From the NCBI RefSeq assembly GCF_009914755.1, contig NC_060941.1: a stretch of 64,000 nucleotides of DNA, one strand, 5' to 3'. The position numbers and the translations under genes are program-made. The notes beneath the pieces were generated by a model. The model saw nothing but the letters and a program-made list of their open reading frames with translations, did no database searches and was not told the DNA's origin. Shown here in pieces: positions 15,798 through 30,380 of the stretch. The number at the start of each line of letters is the position of its first letter. The stretch's first letter is position 1. The DNA comes from the human T2T-CHM13v2.0 reference genome, Homo sapiens.

Positions 15798-16255
15798 TTA
15801 GTTGTCTATTGTCACGTAACAAATTACCTAAGAACTTAGTAGTTTAAGACAACAATCTATTATTTCTTGAGATTCTGTGGGTTGACTGAGCAGCCCTTCT
15901 CTCTCACATGGTATCAGCTGGGGCACTAGGAGAGTGGGAAGATCCCAAATGGCCTCACTCACATGGCTACCAGTTGGTGCCTGCCTAGCCTGAGAGCTCA
16001 TCTAGGGCTGTTGGCTGGGGAGCCTCTCCGTGGGCTGCTTAAGCTCCCTCACAGCATGGTGGACTCAGGCTAGTCAGATTTCTTATATGGCAGCTAGCTT
16101 CCAAAAGCAGAAGCTTCCAGGCCTTCTTAAAGCCTAGACATAGAATTGACACAGTGTTACTTCCATTGCACTCTATTGGTCCAAGTGATCACAGAGTCCG
16201 CCTATATTCAAGGAGGGAAGACTTCACAAGGACATGAGTATTTGGAGGCATGGTT
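15798..16255 (-). mobile_element. MLT1 (G/H-like) LTR
   Basis: tctattg.cacgtaacaaattacc..aacttagt.gtttaa.acaac...cctcactcacatggct...ttccattgcactctattggtc. Confidence 0.7.
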
Positions 16256-17149
16256 ATTTTCCCACAGATATTTCCCACCAATATCTATGATATCCACCTT
16301 AGGGAACTGGGAAATTTGGTCGCCCCTTCCAGCACTGCTGCAAAGCATCAATATGTTAATCTTTCAGACTGTGCTACATGTGGTGCTCATGGGTGTTGTC
16401 TGTGGACCTGGCTTATTATTTTCCTCTCAGGTTGCTTGTCCTCCTCTCTCTTCAGGAGCCCCTGTCCTTGCTATACCCATGAAGAGCACTGGGGTTGAGA
16501 GATGAAGACAACCAGCTCGTTGCAAATAAATGGGTGGCCCTCAATACAGATATGGATTTTTATTATCAGAAAATGTGCAGTTTTGCTAAAGAGCAGGTTC
16601 TCGGGCAAGCAGAGCATCATTTTTATGGAAGTAGGGAAGGCATTCTTATGTCTGAGTGACTGCAGGGCTAAAATGCCAAAGACGGGAATGCTGAAACTTA
16701 GTCCAAAGATTTCACATCACCTTAAAAATTAACCTTTACTTTACAGGGAGGGAAAAAAGTGCTTGCAAAATAAAAGTTATTTTTATGGTTCCCACAGCCC
16801 TATGCATACACAAGCGGATATTATTTAGAATAGCTATGAAAGGCTCCCTGTTCTCAATAAGCTCTCCCCTCACTCTACCATGATGCCATCTGAGTTGTTC
16901 AGGAGTCATGGTGATGTATTTAGGGGTCTTTCCTTGCCAAAAGGAAAACGTGGGCTGCAGAAAGGGTCTCCTTCTAGCTCCTAGCAAAATTAGCAAATGG
17001 GTAGGTCCTATGGGAATGAGCCAGAGGTCACAAGACACATCCTTCTGATGTTGAAAGCCAAGGATCTCTCTGAGCTGAGAAAGAATTCAGAGCTGTTTAG
17101 AGAGAGGGATGAGGGAATGTATGCAGCCACTTCCCCATTCTGGATTCCC

Positions 17150-17406
17150 TGCAGATGGAACTGTCCCATTCTGTAGCCCAGGCTGGAGAGCAGTGGCATG
17201 ATCATGGCTCACTACAGCCTTGACCTTCTGGGCACAAGTGATTCTCTCACCTCAGTCCCTCAAGTAGCTGGGACCACAGGTGTGTGCCACCATGCCTGGT
17301 TAATTTTTTTTATTTTGTAGAGAGATGGGGTCTCCCTATGTTGCCCAGGCTGGTCCTGAACTCTTGGCCTCAAGCAATCCTCCTGCCTCAGCCTCCCAAA
17401 ATGCTG
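17150..17406 (-). mobile_element. AluJ, truncated at both ends
   Basis: gcccaggctggag...catggctcactacagccttgacc...cctcccaaaatgctg. Confidence 0.85.
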
Positions 17407-19865
17407 AAGTCCTAAAATTCTTAAACAGGACCACGCTTCTGATCCTTGGAGCTCTTGGACTTCAGCAGGAGCCACAGCACCCATTTCATATGGCACTATC
17501 TGTTGACCTCTCAGGATCCTTCTCAACTCAACCTTCCAGATAAACATTCCCAGTGGTCTAGGACTGGCCCCCAAGGTGAATTGATTCACCATTCCTGGGG
17601 AAGAGATTGAGTATTGTTTATTTTCCCCATGAATGCATGAATACTTATCAGACCATATATATTAATATAGAGCTCAGATAGCATCATCAGAGCACTCTGC
17701 GTAGAAGGCTGGTCTTGGCAGTTGGTGCCAATGGTGAATCCAGCCCTGCTGGGAACAGTTTCAGGGCCAGGGCTAGAAGAGGGGAGGCTGCAAGGGAAGA
17801 CTCGGGCACAATGATGAGCAGCAGCTTCACCTCCTCCTTTGTGCTTTGGGTTAGCCCTGCATACAAAGGGAAGGAATCCGCCCGTTTCTGGTGCAAAACA
17901 AAAATTATAACCTAAAATCAGACCCCACACTTCAGCTATTTACAGCATGAACTCAGGACTCAAAAGTGCCAGGTGAGGTGTTTATGACAACACTCTCCGG
18001 AGACATAAATGGAAATTACTAAAATTACAGGCGACTCGGTTATTTAGGGGCAATTACACACATTTCTAAATCTGAATGATGCTTGGGTAAGTGGAAGCCT
18101 TTGACATTCCAGCAGCCCTTCTTAAAGCCACATGATATTAAAGATAGTTTGGGCTTAAATAAATAAAGCCAGATCATGTGCCAGTATTTGTAGTCCTAAG
18201 ATTCTTAAACAGGACCACGCTTCTGAGCCTTGGAGCTCTTGGACTTCAGCATTAGAATATTTACCCTCCTGGAGTAGCTGCAACATTTTAGATGAGAAAC
18301 CAAATGTTTATTTGTGGAATTTAGCCTTGCCCACGGTTTACCAAAATAACAAAAAAAACTTTTCTATGTCTGAATTACATTTCCTTCCCATCACAGTCTT
18401 GTAATGCCAGGAATATATATGCTTCAGTAAAAGGACTGCATAAGCATATATTCCTAAAAAAAAAAAAATACAGTTCATGAAAAAAGTCAGAAATGTTTTA
18501 CCCCAAACACATAACAAATAAGAGACATGCTGAATTTATGTTTATTCCCACTATTGTCTAAAAGTCATAACTACCAACATTTGGTTACTCTCATTGCTAA
18601 AAATTTTAGTGGCATTTATATACCTTTGTTTCCATTAGAGGCAAAAACAGAACAACTAAACCTACAATTTGATTTCTAAAATGATATACTGAGACCACAG
18701 CACAACCCCAATACAAGCTTCTCATCTGGACGTCCACTCTTCTGGCATTCTGAGATGATTTGTGAAATTTACTAACCAAGGTCTTAAAACACTTTTAAGA
18801 AACAGAGAGAGAGAAGGAAATGGAGTTGGGGTTAATGGACAGTGGTTAAGGCAGAGCAAGGAGAACACAAGGATACAGAGAGAAATGCTAATAAGAGAGA
18901 GAGACACAGAAGCGTGAGAAATAGGAGAGAAAAGAAAGAAAATCTTGCTCCCCTCCTGGTTCATCTTCCCATTTCAGAGCTCTCAGACCAAAAGGATTCA
19001 AAACTAGCATGCTTTCTACACCATCTAAACATACTTTCCAGGTGATTAAATGCCACTTTTAAACATACAAAAGAATTAGAATAAATTATAAATAAATTAT
19101 CTTGGGATACAGAAGTGCTTTCTGAGCATAATTCCAAAGGCATAAATCACACAGAAAACACTGACACATTTTTACTTGTGTATTTTAAAAAACCATAAAC
19201 AAAATGTGAAGGTAAGTAACATATAAAGAATATATTGTCAGTACATAGGACAAAAGTGTCACATATGAAGAAATACAGTGGGCGAGGTGCCTGGAGAAGG
19301 GGGGCAGTGGGTGTTCAACTCCAGGTTCAGGGGCTGGGGGAACTGAGGAGTATCTCTGAGCATGGAAATGGCTTTATGAAAGCAATGCTCAAGTAATAAA
19401 AGTTTGAATTGGAGAGATGAGAGTGGAACAAAAAGAGACATGCAGAACACATTATGAATTATGCATTATGAATCACAGCCAAGCTGGCCCTACCTACTAT
19501 TGTTCCAAATGCACTCCGTATTTCTCTACCTTTGTTTTTGATCAAATTACCCCAACTACCTCATACCCAGTGGCCTTTCCCCTTCTTACTGTGGATCCTT
19601 TAAAGCAAAACTCAGAAACCACCTACTTCATGATTCCTGACTGCCTCAGAGAGAATACAGTCCTCCTTTCCAGCCCATTCAGATTACACACAAAATGACA
19701 AGAATCACACCAGTTATCCTTTTTACCTTCTCTATTAGATTGATTATATTTCTTCATATCCTTCCCATAACCCAGACGCCTAGTAAATAATAGAAAATTA
19801 AGGTTTGGATGCAAACAAAAGGCTTTCCGAGACAGGAGGTTGGTACATTTCCATCAGCATAATCC

Positions 19866-19871
19866 TTTAAT
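19866..19871 (-). terminator. Poly(A) signal ATTAAA of TEKT3 (3'UTR about 120 nt)
   Basis: tttaat on the + strand, about 95 nt past the stop codon; the first canonical-type signal downstream. Confidence 0.7.
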
Positions 19872-19963
19872 AAGTGACTATATTAGCATTCGGTTCAAAT
19901 GCTGAGACAGTGCTCTGGCTCAGCCTTAACTTAGGGGTATCAAAACCACACCCGGTGGGGTCC

Positions 19964-20278
<315 letters not shown>

Positions 20279-22109
20279 TTACTTTAGGATATATTTATCA
20301 GCAAATGAGAGGTGCATGAAATTAATAAAATATAAAGAAATATAAAGAGAATGGTGACAATGAACCAATGGGAATGTAGATGTCCCAGGAGATAGAAAAG
20401 GATTTCATAATTATAGAAAAATATCTAGACCATTTTAAAATCATTATGCCAAGGCAATTCTATAGTTTCACAGAAATTCACAACTGGAAAACGAATTTAG
20501 AGAGGTCACCAAGCCCAACTTCCTTGTTTTACAGACTAGGAAATAGAGCCCAGGGGTTCATAAGCTGTCCTTTCCATCGACACAGGGCCCACATGTGTTT
20601 GTAAGCTGTACCTGCTTATCCAGGAAGCTAAGAAGGAAATTCAGCACTTCAGTGGCCATAATAAGAAACTGGGTCCCATTTCCTGGCCCCATTCCCCTCT
20701 CAGCTCCTTGAGACAGAAGAGTAGAAGCAGAGACCCAGGAAGACCTATCTCATCATCTGCAGACACATCCTGGAATATGCTTGCAATTTCTCAGACCTCG
20801 AGGGCTTCACTCTTGCTGTCCCCTAAGCTCAGAATGCTCCTAACCCATTCTTCATCCCGCTAATTTATCCCATCCTCAAATCCTAGGTGAATTAACACTT
20901 CTTCCGGAAGTCCCTCCCTTAAACCGGAAACCATCTGCTGCCCAGTGTTGTGACTTCCAAAAGGACCAAGCCTTTTACGGCACTCAGGGTCTTGTGATTG
21001 TCTGCTTGCAACATCTGCTGTCCTTGCCCAGGGCTACATCCACAGCCGCTCCTGCAAAAATACAGGTGTGCAAAAACTACTTATTGGGTGAAGACCAACT
21101 TTCATGCCCTAGGTGAAACGGAGGACGTCTTGGGAGGTAGAGAGTTGCCCAAGGTCTGAATCCATGGGATCTACTAAGAACAAGACCCAGACCCAAGGCA
21201 ATAAAAAGGAAGGAAAGGCAGGACGGAGCCTGGAGCATTCGCTTCCAAGCCACTTGTAGGTGGCCTAAGAAGAGGAAGGCTGTGGTAAAGGCCCCCACGC
21301 AGGCTGATTGAAGCAACAACAGGCCATGGGAACATATCCACGCTGTGCAACACCTTTCATCTTACAAGCTCTACTGTCTCCTGCTTTCCAATGGGGAGGG
21401 GAAGAATTAAAGTTTAAGTGCCAAAGTTTGGTTTTGTCTGGGGACGGTAAACACAAAACCTGAGAACTCATCAGAAAGCAAATTTCTTGTTATTGTTTAG
21501 GCCAAACTGAATTAAAAAAGAAAGGCTTTTTAAAGATCCCAGGGTATAAAATATCACTAGCAAAGAAATACATCTTCGGCGAGGCTGCCGCAGATGGCTG
21601 GTAATGGGATTTTTGATGGTGGATTGTTTACAATCACACGGGGCCTGCCTCTTGTCTCCCACCCTCCCTGGCTTCAACAGGAACCCTGAACCCCAACGTA
21701 GGAAACAGAGCAGGATGATATATGTGTCTTTACTCCTTTCAGCCAAATACGAGTCTAGTGGAAATTTTATCTGGGAGGGAACATTTGAAAATATACATGT
21801 CAAAACATCAATGCTAAAAAAAAAAAAAAAATCGAGATATAGAACGTAGGCAGTTAGAATACTTGTTTTCACACTGCTGCATGGACACAACTAGGGAATA
21901 ACATGCTTCCACTTCTCTCATCGTTAATTAGAAATATATTTTTCATCATCTTCAAGGCCCTATTTCACTCCCAGTTTCCTTGTTCTTGGCTGATTGCAGA
22001 GAGCTGTTCTGCTGAAGTCACTCTTTCTCTTTCTTTCTTCTTTTTTTTGGAATTACAGAACCACAAAATGTCTTGCATTCAAATACAAATAAAGCTACCA
22101 CAGTTTATT

Positions 22110-22162
<53 letters not shown>

Positions 22163-22174
22163 ATATATATATAC
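22110..22174. repeat. Compound (TA)n(TG)n(TA)n microsatellite
   Basis: Read directly from the sequence. Confidence 0.95.
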
Positions 22175-23334
22175 ATAAAGATTATTTAAGTAGAGCAGAG
22201 CCTGGTCTGTCTGGCCTGCCACCAAAAATGCCAAGAATGTTTAGAATCACTTTTGAAATAACTCGTTTAGAACATTTTTAAATAAAAGTAAGTCTTGAAA
22301 TGAAAACAGCAATTTTTCTCAGTCCCCACTCCCCTTAGTTTATGATCTTTATTTTTTCTAAATCTAGACCGCCAAAGGGCTGCTTTCAGAACCATCCATT
22401 TAAAAAGGAAAGTAATCCCCTCCCCCAATAATAATCCTAAAGATTTTTGGCAAGGATATTTTAACAAGAAAACTTGACAGAAACAAAAGTAGGTTTTGTT
22501 CAAAAGTCAGTAAAGGAGCAGAGGAAATAGACATACCATGAAGTCGGCAGGAAGTGAAAGAAAAGCAAATTCTGTTTAGCCAGGAATAGGAAAAAAAAAA
22601 AAAGAGTAAAAATCATTCAGCTCCTCAGGAGAAGCTGTGAATGCCTCATTGTTTGATAATTCCGAAGTCCTATTAGACCACTACCCAAAACTCATTTTAA
22701 AAGCAACCCTGTGTCTGTCTAACGGCAGTATAAACAATTTATTTGTTCCCATCTCCACTTTTGATGACTCTGCAGAGATTTTTGGAGAATGAAACATCAG
22801 TTCAGCTTCTCCTAATAACATTTACATAAAGTCAAAACTGGTGATCTAACTCTAATAGGCCAAGTGGGTGTGCACTCACTGCTGGGTTCTTCTAAAGCAG
22901 AGAGGTGCCTCCAGTTGGCTGTCTAGGGGCCCATGTAGTCTCTGGAGTGGAGAGCTGCTTATCCTAAATAATGAGCTGTGCATGAAGAGGGGTTCTATGG
23001 AACCCACTTTGAAAAACATGCAGCCTGAGTGATCTCTTCTGTGGCTATGGCCTAGATAACAGCTCCACCAGGAGAAATACAACTCATCCTGGAAATGAAG
23101 ATCATTTGCGTACAACCTAAAGCACGCTTCATGGCACTCAACACAGACAACATGCGTGCTATACACGTAAGGTGTTTCATCATAATGATCTCCTCTGTGA
23201 CCTTCAGTTTCATCCTCTGTGTGAGAGGGAGATGAGCATGCAGCATTTACTTTGCCAACTCTTCTCAAATGAGATCAGGTACCTGACAGGGGGATGGTAA
23301 ATGCATTACACAACGTAAAACACAGGAGAAAGAG

Positions 23335-23610
23335 AAGCAAATGGCTTGGTGGAATAGAACTCTGGGGTGAGACAGGCAAAGACTCAAACTGCAGCTCTCT
23401 CACCACTAAATGTGGCCTGGGCCAAGCCACTCACCCACTCCTGCCTCAGTTTCCTCACTTGTAATATGAAGGTAATGAATGAGATAGTATAAAGTGCTTA
23501 GGGCAGTGCCCAGCATCGAGTCAGGTTAAGAGATGGTAGCAGCTATTATTATCATTGCATTGATTATCGCCATCATTATCTTTACTATTATTATCATCAT
23601 CATCAATGTT
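23335..23610 (+). mobile_element. MIR followed by an (ATC/ATT)n low-complexity tract
   Basis: gcctcagtttcctcacttgtaatatgaagg...aaagtgcttagggcagtgccc. Confidence 0.7.
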
Positions 23611-24404
23611 GGCCTCACAAGATCCCCCTTCCTTCCATTTCAGGAAATCCACTGTCTCAAACCACCACTTATTTCTTTATTTTATCCTTAGGATCAATCC
23701 TTCAAGATAAGAGAATTTTATCGTGGAAGCAGAGCGAGTGGCATCTCCCCACCGCACCAGAAAGGCTTCTGGAGTTCACGCACTGCCCTTGGCTCCTCCA
23801 GTTGCTATCAAGTTGATTTACTTCTGCATGGAGCATCTTAGGACCTAAGAATAGCAATGATGAAACCCAGAAAGAAAAGGCAGACTCACAGGTATTGGGA
23901 AATTGGAAATGAAGCCAGATTGTGGCGGGGGTAGGGAGGGAATCTTGGCCAGTTCATTACAAGTCCATCCCAAAATGAATCTTCAAAGTGAAAATAATAA
24001 TAAAATTCATGTAGTGTTTAGTAGATAAACTGTGGGGTCAGATTCCTCCTGCTGTGTATATATAGGAGCTGTGCTCGATGAAGACCAGCTGGCTTTGATT
24101 TCTACTGAGAATGAAACACATTGAAATAAACTTAAATGAGATCCTCAGTCACAAAGACAGCAAATGAGTAGATAGGAGTCAGTGGAATTGGTACTGAAAG
24201 TCCCTTTTCTGTCGCGTTCCCCATGCTGAGAAATACACAGAAAGTCACAAACTGCTGCTTATAAGACAGGAGTTCTGGAAACTCCGAAGACTCCAAGAAC
24301 ATGCAAAAGAACCCGAACACCACACTGGCCTCCCCGAATGAGTTAAAGGCTTAATAGCACTTTTTTTGTGTGTAGCGTTGATGTCCTTTCCTTTTTTAAG
24401 GATT

Positions 24405-24575
24405 TGTGGTAAAATATACATAACATAAAACTTTAACCAATCTTAAGTGTACAGATCAGTGGCATTAAGTACATTCACACTGTTGGTGCAACCGTCACCG
24501 CCATCCATCTGCAGGACTGTTTCATCATCCCACACTGAAACTCTTCTGCATTCAACATCTCCCCATTACTACCAT
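24405..24575 (-). mobile_element. L1MB-like 3' end fragment
   Basis: ggtaaaatatacataacataaaa...taagtgtacag.tcagtggcattaagtacattcac. Confidence 0.75.
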
Positions 24576-24693
24576 TCTCACAGAAGGCTCCTACATGCTG
24601 CGTATGGGCAGAAAGCAGCTTTCTAAAGAGCCAGGCACCACAGTTGGTCTGGTGGCCCTCCGAGCGAGCCCCGAGCCTTCCCCTCCCACCTTA

Positions 24694-24894
<201 letters not shown>

Positions 24895-25019
24895 TCAACA
24901 ACCCGCCTCCCACCTCTTGCCTGTCCACTCCATGTCCAGCACGTGCCTTGACCTCGCTGATGAGGAAGTTGCTTCACCAAGACCGTCTATCCTTTCCAGC
25001 CCTGCCCCAGGGAACCCAC

Positions 25020-25226
25020 GTGTCTCACTGGAGCTGGCATGCACCTGCTCTGGAGAGTGGGCGGCGCCTCTCTCCCCAACCCTAGGCTTGGCAACCTCAT
25101 TTTGGTAGCTGGAAATCAGCCAGGGTGGGAGTATTTCAACTACAGAAATTGGCAAATGCTCCAAATTAGGGGCTCCCTGCAAGCTGCCCCCAATGGCCGT
25201 TGTTAATTACTGACCAGCACACCTCT
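25020..25226. mobile_element. MER63-like hAT element
   Basis: ttggtagctggaaatcagcca.ggtgggagtattt..ac.acagaaattggcaaatgct..aaattagggct...ccagcacacctctg. Confidence 0.7.
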
Positions 25227-26344
25227 GTGTTCTGATAAAAGTGAGGCTTTGAGTGGCCCTGATCTCCCTCCTCACATCCATATATCTGTGCATCTCTTCC
25301 CACTTTCTCTTCCTACCAACTTGAGCATTGCTTTCCTGCTCACAGAGGATTTCCCTTGCAGAGAATCAGGCTTCAGTTTCAGGTACCTCACTTGCAATAG
25401 AGGAGTACTGGCAGTTTTGTATTCCTGATTTTGTATTCGTTTTTTCTTAAAGAGGCCACCACCCCAAATTGCATAAACATGGATCCCCCTTTGGTTCTCC
25501 CTCCTCTTTCTCTGTAAAGAGAGTCCCTGTCCTATGCTCTGAAAAGCCTCCCTTCTCCACGCATCTTGATCTCTGCACTCCTGTAGCTCCACATCCTCCC
25601 CATTACTGTCCCTCTTCCTGGGTTCCCTTCCATGGCCTGGAGACACAACCAAGAATCATCTTTTTTTTGGAAACCCTATGTTTTTACCACCACTCTCCCA
25701 TCCAGTCCCAACTGAGTCCTCTGCCAAATGTATTCAACCATGGCTGTGCCCACTGCCTTCACTTCCCACCCACCCAGTCTCTCAGTGGCCCCTGGATTCT
25801 GTCTCTGGCCCTAGCTGCTGTCATGAAACTTCAGTTTCAAAGCTGACATCGAGGCCTCTCTGACACCTCCCTCTCCTTAAGACCCTCATCTTGTTTTCTC
25901 TTGCCAAGTGTTGTTCCAACTCCCTCCTTTCCAACTACTCCTCATTCCCTTCCAGTGCAAGGCTTTGTCCTTGGGTGATGTCTCTGCAATATCCTTTCTA
26001 CACTACAGAGACCTCGTGCAATCACAGATTTAGCATTTGTGTCATCCAGGCACTCTTCAATCTGTCACTTGAGCTTCGACCTCTCTCCCAAGCTAAAAAT
26101 CATTTCACTGTTTCTATCACTAAGGCCTTCTTCAGATACTATGTGCTCCATGAAACCATCTTGATCTCTTGCCAATGGAAACAACTGCTCCTTCTTGTAA
26201 ACTGTGTTCACATTTCATCTGTGTTTCCAAGTTCTTTCTGCACCTTTCTGATGCAAATTCCCGTTTTCTGTGTGCATGTCTTGTCTCTAAGACGTGAGAT
26301 GTATGTACATCCCCGAGTGCCTAGCACAATACCTTGAGTGTACC

Positions 26345-26762
26345 TGTTAGGGCTGAATAGTGCCTCTTCCCCCAAAATTCCTATGTTGAAGTACGAATCG
26401 CCAGTGCCTTGGAAGGTGACCATATTTGGAGATAGTGTCTCTGTGGGGGTGATTAAGTTAAATGAGGTCTTTAGGGTGGCCCTAATACAATACAACTTTG
26501 GTGTCTTTATAAGCAGAGGAAATTTGGACACAGACACACACAGAGGGAAAATGATGTGAAGACACAGGGAGAAGGTGGCCATCTACAAGCTGAGGAGAGA
26601 GGCCTCAGAGAAAACCAACCCTGCCGGCACCTTGATCTCAGACTTCCAGCCTCCATTAATTAATTTTCTCTCTCTCCAGTGAGAAAATTGATTTCTATTG
26701 TGGAAATTCATTACCACAGTCTGTGGTACTTTGAGTTAGGGCAGCCCTGGCAAACTAACATA
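26345..26762 (+). mobile_element. MLT1B-type solo LTR
   Basis: tgttagggctgaatagtg...gtgaccatatttggagatag...ccctgccggcaccttgatctcagacttccagcctcc...gcagccctggcaaactaac. Confidence 0.85.
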
Positions 26763-27375
26763 TCAGTAAATAAAAATTTGTTGAAGAAGGAACTCTGTCA
26801 CACCAGCCTTCTAAAAGGCCTTTAGAATGTCTTCTTACAATTGATAGTGTCTGACCTCATTAACCTTCTCATCAACGTCTTCTACAACCTGTCTTCAACC
26901 TACTTTTCCATGTTCCTCTCCCAGGACACAAACCATCTACACCAGCCACACACCAGACTCTTTACAGACCTCAATTCATCCTCTGATTTGCTGTCTCCAA
27001 GGCTTTCTTCAAGATGTGGCCCCACCTGGAACGGTCACTTCTCCTTCCAAACCCCAAAAACACTTTTGTGCTTGTTATTTGATAATCATGATTTGCAATA
27101 TTCTATTCGTATTGTTTATGAGCTTTTCATGTGCAAGTATTTCTTCTCTGTAATGTAAACTTCCTAATAACAAAAACTACATTTGATGCTTCTCTCTGCT
27201 CTTCACAGCATGGAACACACTGTCTGGCTCAACTAATATTTGTTGCCTAAAGCAGGCACCATGAGAAGGAAAAGTAAATCGCTGCAGCCTGAGAAAATGT
27301 GGTACCCTCAACTGGGTAAAACCATCGTAGGCAACATGGCTCATGGTGCAAGGTTCTTAAAAAGAAGAAACAACA

Positions 27376-27484
27376 TTGCTTGCTTCAGCAGCACATATAC
27401 TAAAATTGGAACAATACAGAGAAGGTTGGCATGGCCCCTGAGCAAGGATGACATGCAAATTCATGAAACGTTACATAGGTTTTT
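27376..27484 (+). pseudogene. U6 snRNA retropseudogene (full length, diverged)
   Basis: ttgcttgcttcagcagcacatatactaaaattggaacaatacagagaaggttggcatggcccctgagcaaggatgacatgcaaattcatgaaacgttacataggttttt is colinear with U6; many differences are CpG decay. Confidence 0.95.
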
Positions 27485-27686
27485 ACTATAGGTAACAATA
27501 CATTATATAGTTTCAACTAGCTAGGGGGAGGATATTGAATGTTTCCAATCCAAAGAAATGATCAGTGTTTGAGAGGATGGATATGCTCGCTCATTACCCT
27601 GACCTGATCACCATACATTAAATGTATCAAAACATCACTGTCCACCCATGAATATGTACAATTATTTTTTGTCAATTTTAAAAAAT
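27485..27686 (+). mobile_element. L1MA-type 3' end fused to the U6 copy
   Basis: L1MA 3'UTR motifs (gatattgaatgtttcc..aaagaaatgat..gatggatatgct..ttaccctga..atgtacaattatt..gtcaatt) and an A-rich tail. Confidence 0.85.
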
Positions 27687-28259
27687 AAGACACAACAAAC
27701 TATATGCAGCATAATCCACAGAAACAATAAGAGCTCCAAGACTGATATGAAGGAAAGGAAGAGCTCCTTGTTTATCTTGAAACATATGAATTCTGCTGGA
27801 CTCCTTCATTTTGTAGTCATTGTAAAACTCTTATGCTTTCAGCACTTAAAATTTTTCAATATCAGAAACACTTTGAACTACCTAACAGTTTCCTGTATTT
27901 GGTTTTGTATTCCAGAAAAGGGGTCTAAAATACTTTAACAGAAAACATTTCTACCATATGTTCTAATAATAAATTCACTTCCTAGTTATATACAGCGATC
28001 CATTAAACTTTAATAATAATATTTTTGTTTCTATTAAAGACTAAGAACTTTTCATTACATAGTGCCTTCTTTGTGTTCCAAATACCAGTGGATTCCAATT
28101 TCATTTTGACACCTGGCTACCTGGCTGAAATAAATGGCATGCTTTGTGCTGTTTTAAATTTTTCTTGCTCTGTGTGGCCAGGCTGTCACATGCCTATGGT
28201 GCCTCTCTGGGAGTGGTGAGAGATTTGTAGTCCCAGAGCACACCGCTCTGTCCAGGTCA

Positions 28260-28571
<312 letters not shown>

Positions 28572-28789
28572 CTAGGCAATCATTTATCCTGAGAGAGAGA
28601 AACCCCCAGGTCGCTGATCCTAGCTTCATTATATAAATGTGAATATCAGAATGAGGCTTATTTTCAACTTTCCTTAATTATTCCTTATTTTACTGCTAAT
28701 CAGTTTTCTATTTATCTAAAGCGTAAGCTGGTTCTTCTGCCAGTTTCAAGGGGCAAAAGGATTAATGAATGATGTGAACGTGTAGGTTC

Positions 28790-29352
28790 ATTATAAATGT
28801 GTCACACATCACATCAATAAGCATATGACAAAATACTCAGCCTCAAGGGTAATCAAAGAAGCATTAATGAAAACAGCCTACTAAGGAAATATTAGCAGGA
28901 GTAGAGAGAATGATCATTTGCAGTGCTGGCGAGCATATTTAGAAAAAGTTTCTCTTGTATCCTACAGATGAGAATGTTGAATTGGTACAACCTTCCTGGA
29001 GGGTAAAGAGGCAACACAAACCAACAGCCTTTCATTCAAATGTGGAAAACCCAGAACTTCCACTTCTAGAAATGTATTATAAGGAAACAATGTACCCAAG
29101 GATATACGTGTGAGGATATTCATTTCAGCCATATTTATGCTGATCCCTGAAAAATGAGAAACTACCTAAATGCTCAAAAGTTTAAAACAAAAAGGTTGAT
29201 TATGGTACATTCAAAAAAGTAATCCATATACCAGGCAAATTCATGTTAAAGTAGAATATTTATTTTACAGACAATGTTACTGAAAAATCAGACAGGCTAT
29301 ATTTCAACTGCGTGCATTGTATGGTATGTGAATTTCAATCAAGTTAACTTTT
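28790..29352 (+). mobile_element. Ancient L1ME-type 3' fragment
   Basis: aattggtacaaccttcctggagg...cacttctagaaat.tatt.taaggaaa...ctaaatgctc motifs. Confidence 0.6.
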
Positions 29353-29535
29353 TTAAGAAAGTGGCTGGAAGAGACCATGGATCCTGCCCAAAATTGCATC
29401 CAGGGGCCTGGCAAAGAAACCACTGGTGGGGTAAGTTGAACAAGCTGTGGTAGGAAAGGCATCAAGCTGTTTTCAGCCTGTATCCCACAGCATCCAGGGC
29501 ATGCTATACAATGGCAACTTGTGGCTTGTCTGTGT

Positions 29536-29837
29536 TTTTCTTTTTTTTTTCTTTTTTTGAGACAGAGTCTCACTCTGTCACCCAGGCTGGAGTGCAGTGG
29601 CACAATCTCGGCTCACTGCAACCTCTCCTTCCAGGTTCAAGTGATTCTCCTGCCTCAGCCTCCTGAGTAGCTGGGATTACAAGCACCCACCACCATGCCT
29701 GGCTAATTTTTGTATTTTTAGTAGAGACGGGGTTTCACCATGTTCGTCAGGCTGGTCTCGAACTCCTGACCTCAACTGATCCTCCTATCTCAGCATCCCA
29801 AAGTGCAGGGATTAGGTGTGAGCCACCGCACCCGGCC
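29536..29837 (-). mobile_element. AluSx/Sz-like element
   Basis: Full Alu; TSD ttgtctgtgtttttct. Confidence 0.92.
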
Positions 29838-30116
29838 TTGTCTGTGTTTTTCTAGGACTTCTGCATCAGGTAGGGTTATTTTCATAGTTAGAAAATATAA
29901 GTAACAAATATTACTTTACAAAAGAATTCAGGATGCAATTATCAAGGTCTGACCACAGAACGTGCTTGCTTACTGGAGACTTGTCCAAAGCTGGGTGTGT
30001 TTCTCACCTTCAGATATCTTACCTTGCTTTCCATTTTAACCTGTAAGCTGTGTCCTTTCGAAAGGAGAAAGAGTTAAATGACATCGAAATCACAGCCGTG
30101 GCATGTGCCTGACTTA

Positions 30117-30380
<264 letters not shown>

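Noticed and set aside
22731-22748. Possible SOX10 dimer site (AACAAT-TTA-TTTGTT) and scattered AP-1 or CTCF-like motifs
   Set aside because: The spacer is too short for a canonical SOXE dimer, and short motifs occur at chance frequency in 64 kb without conservation data.
27376-27484. A functional U6 gene
   Set aside because: About a dozen substitutions, no recognisable PSE or TATA upstream, fused to L1 and flanked by a TSD.
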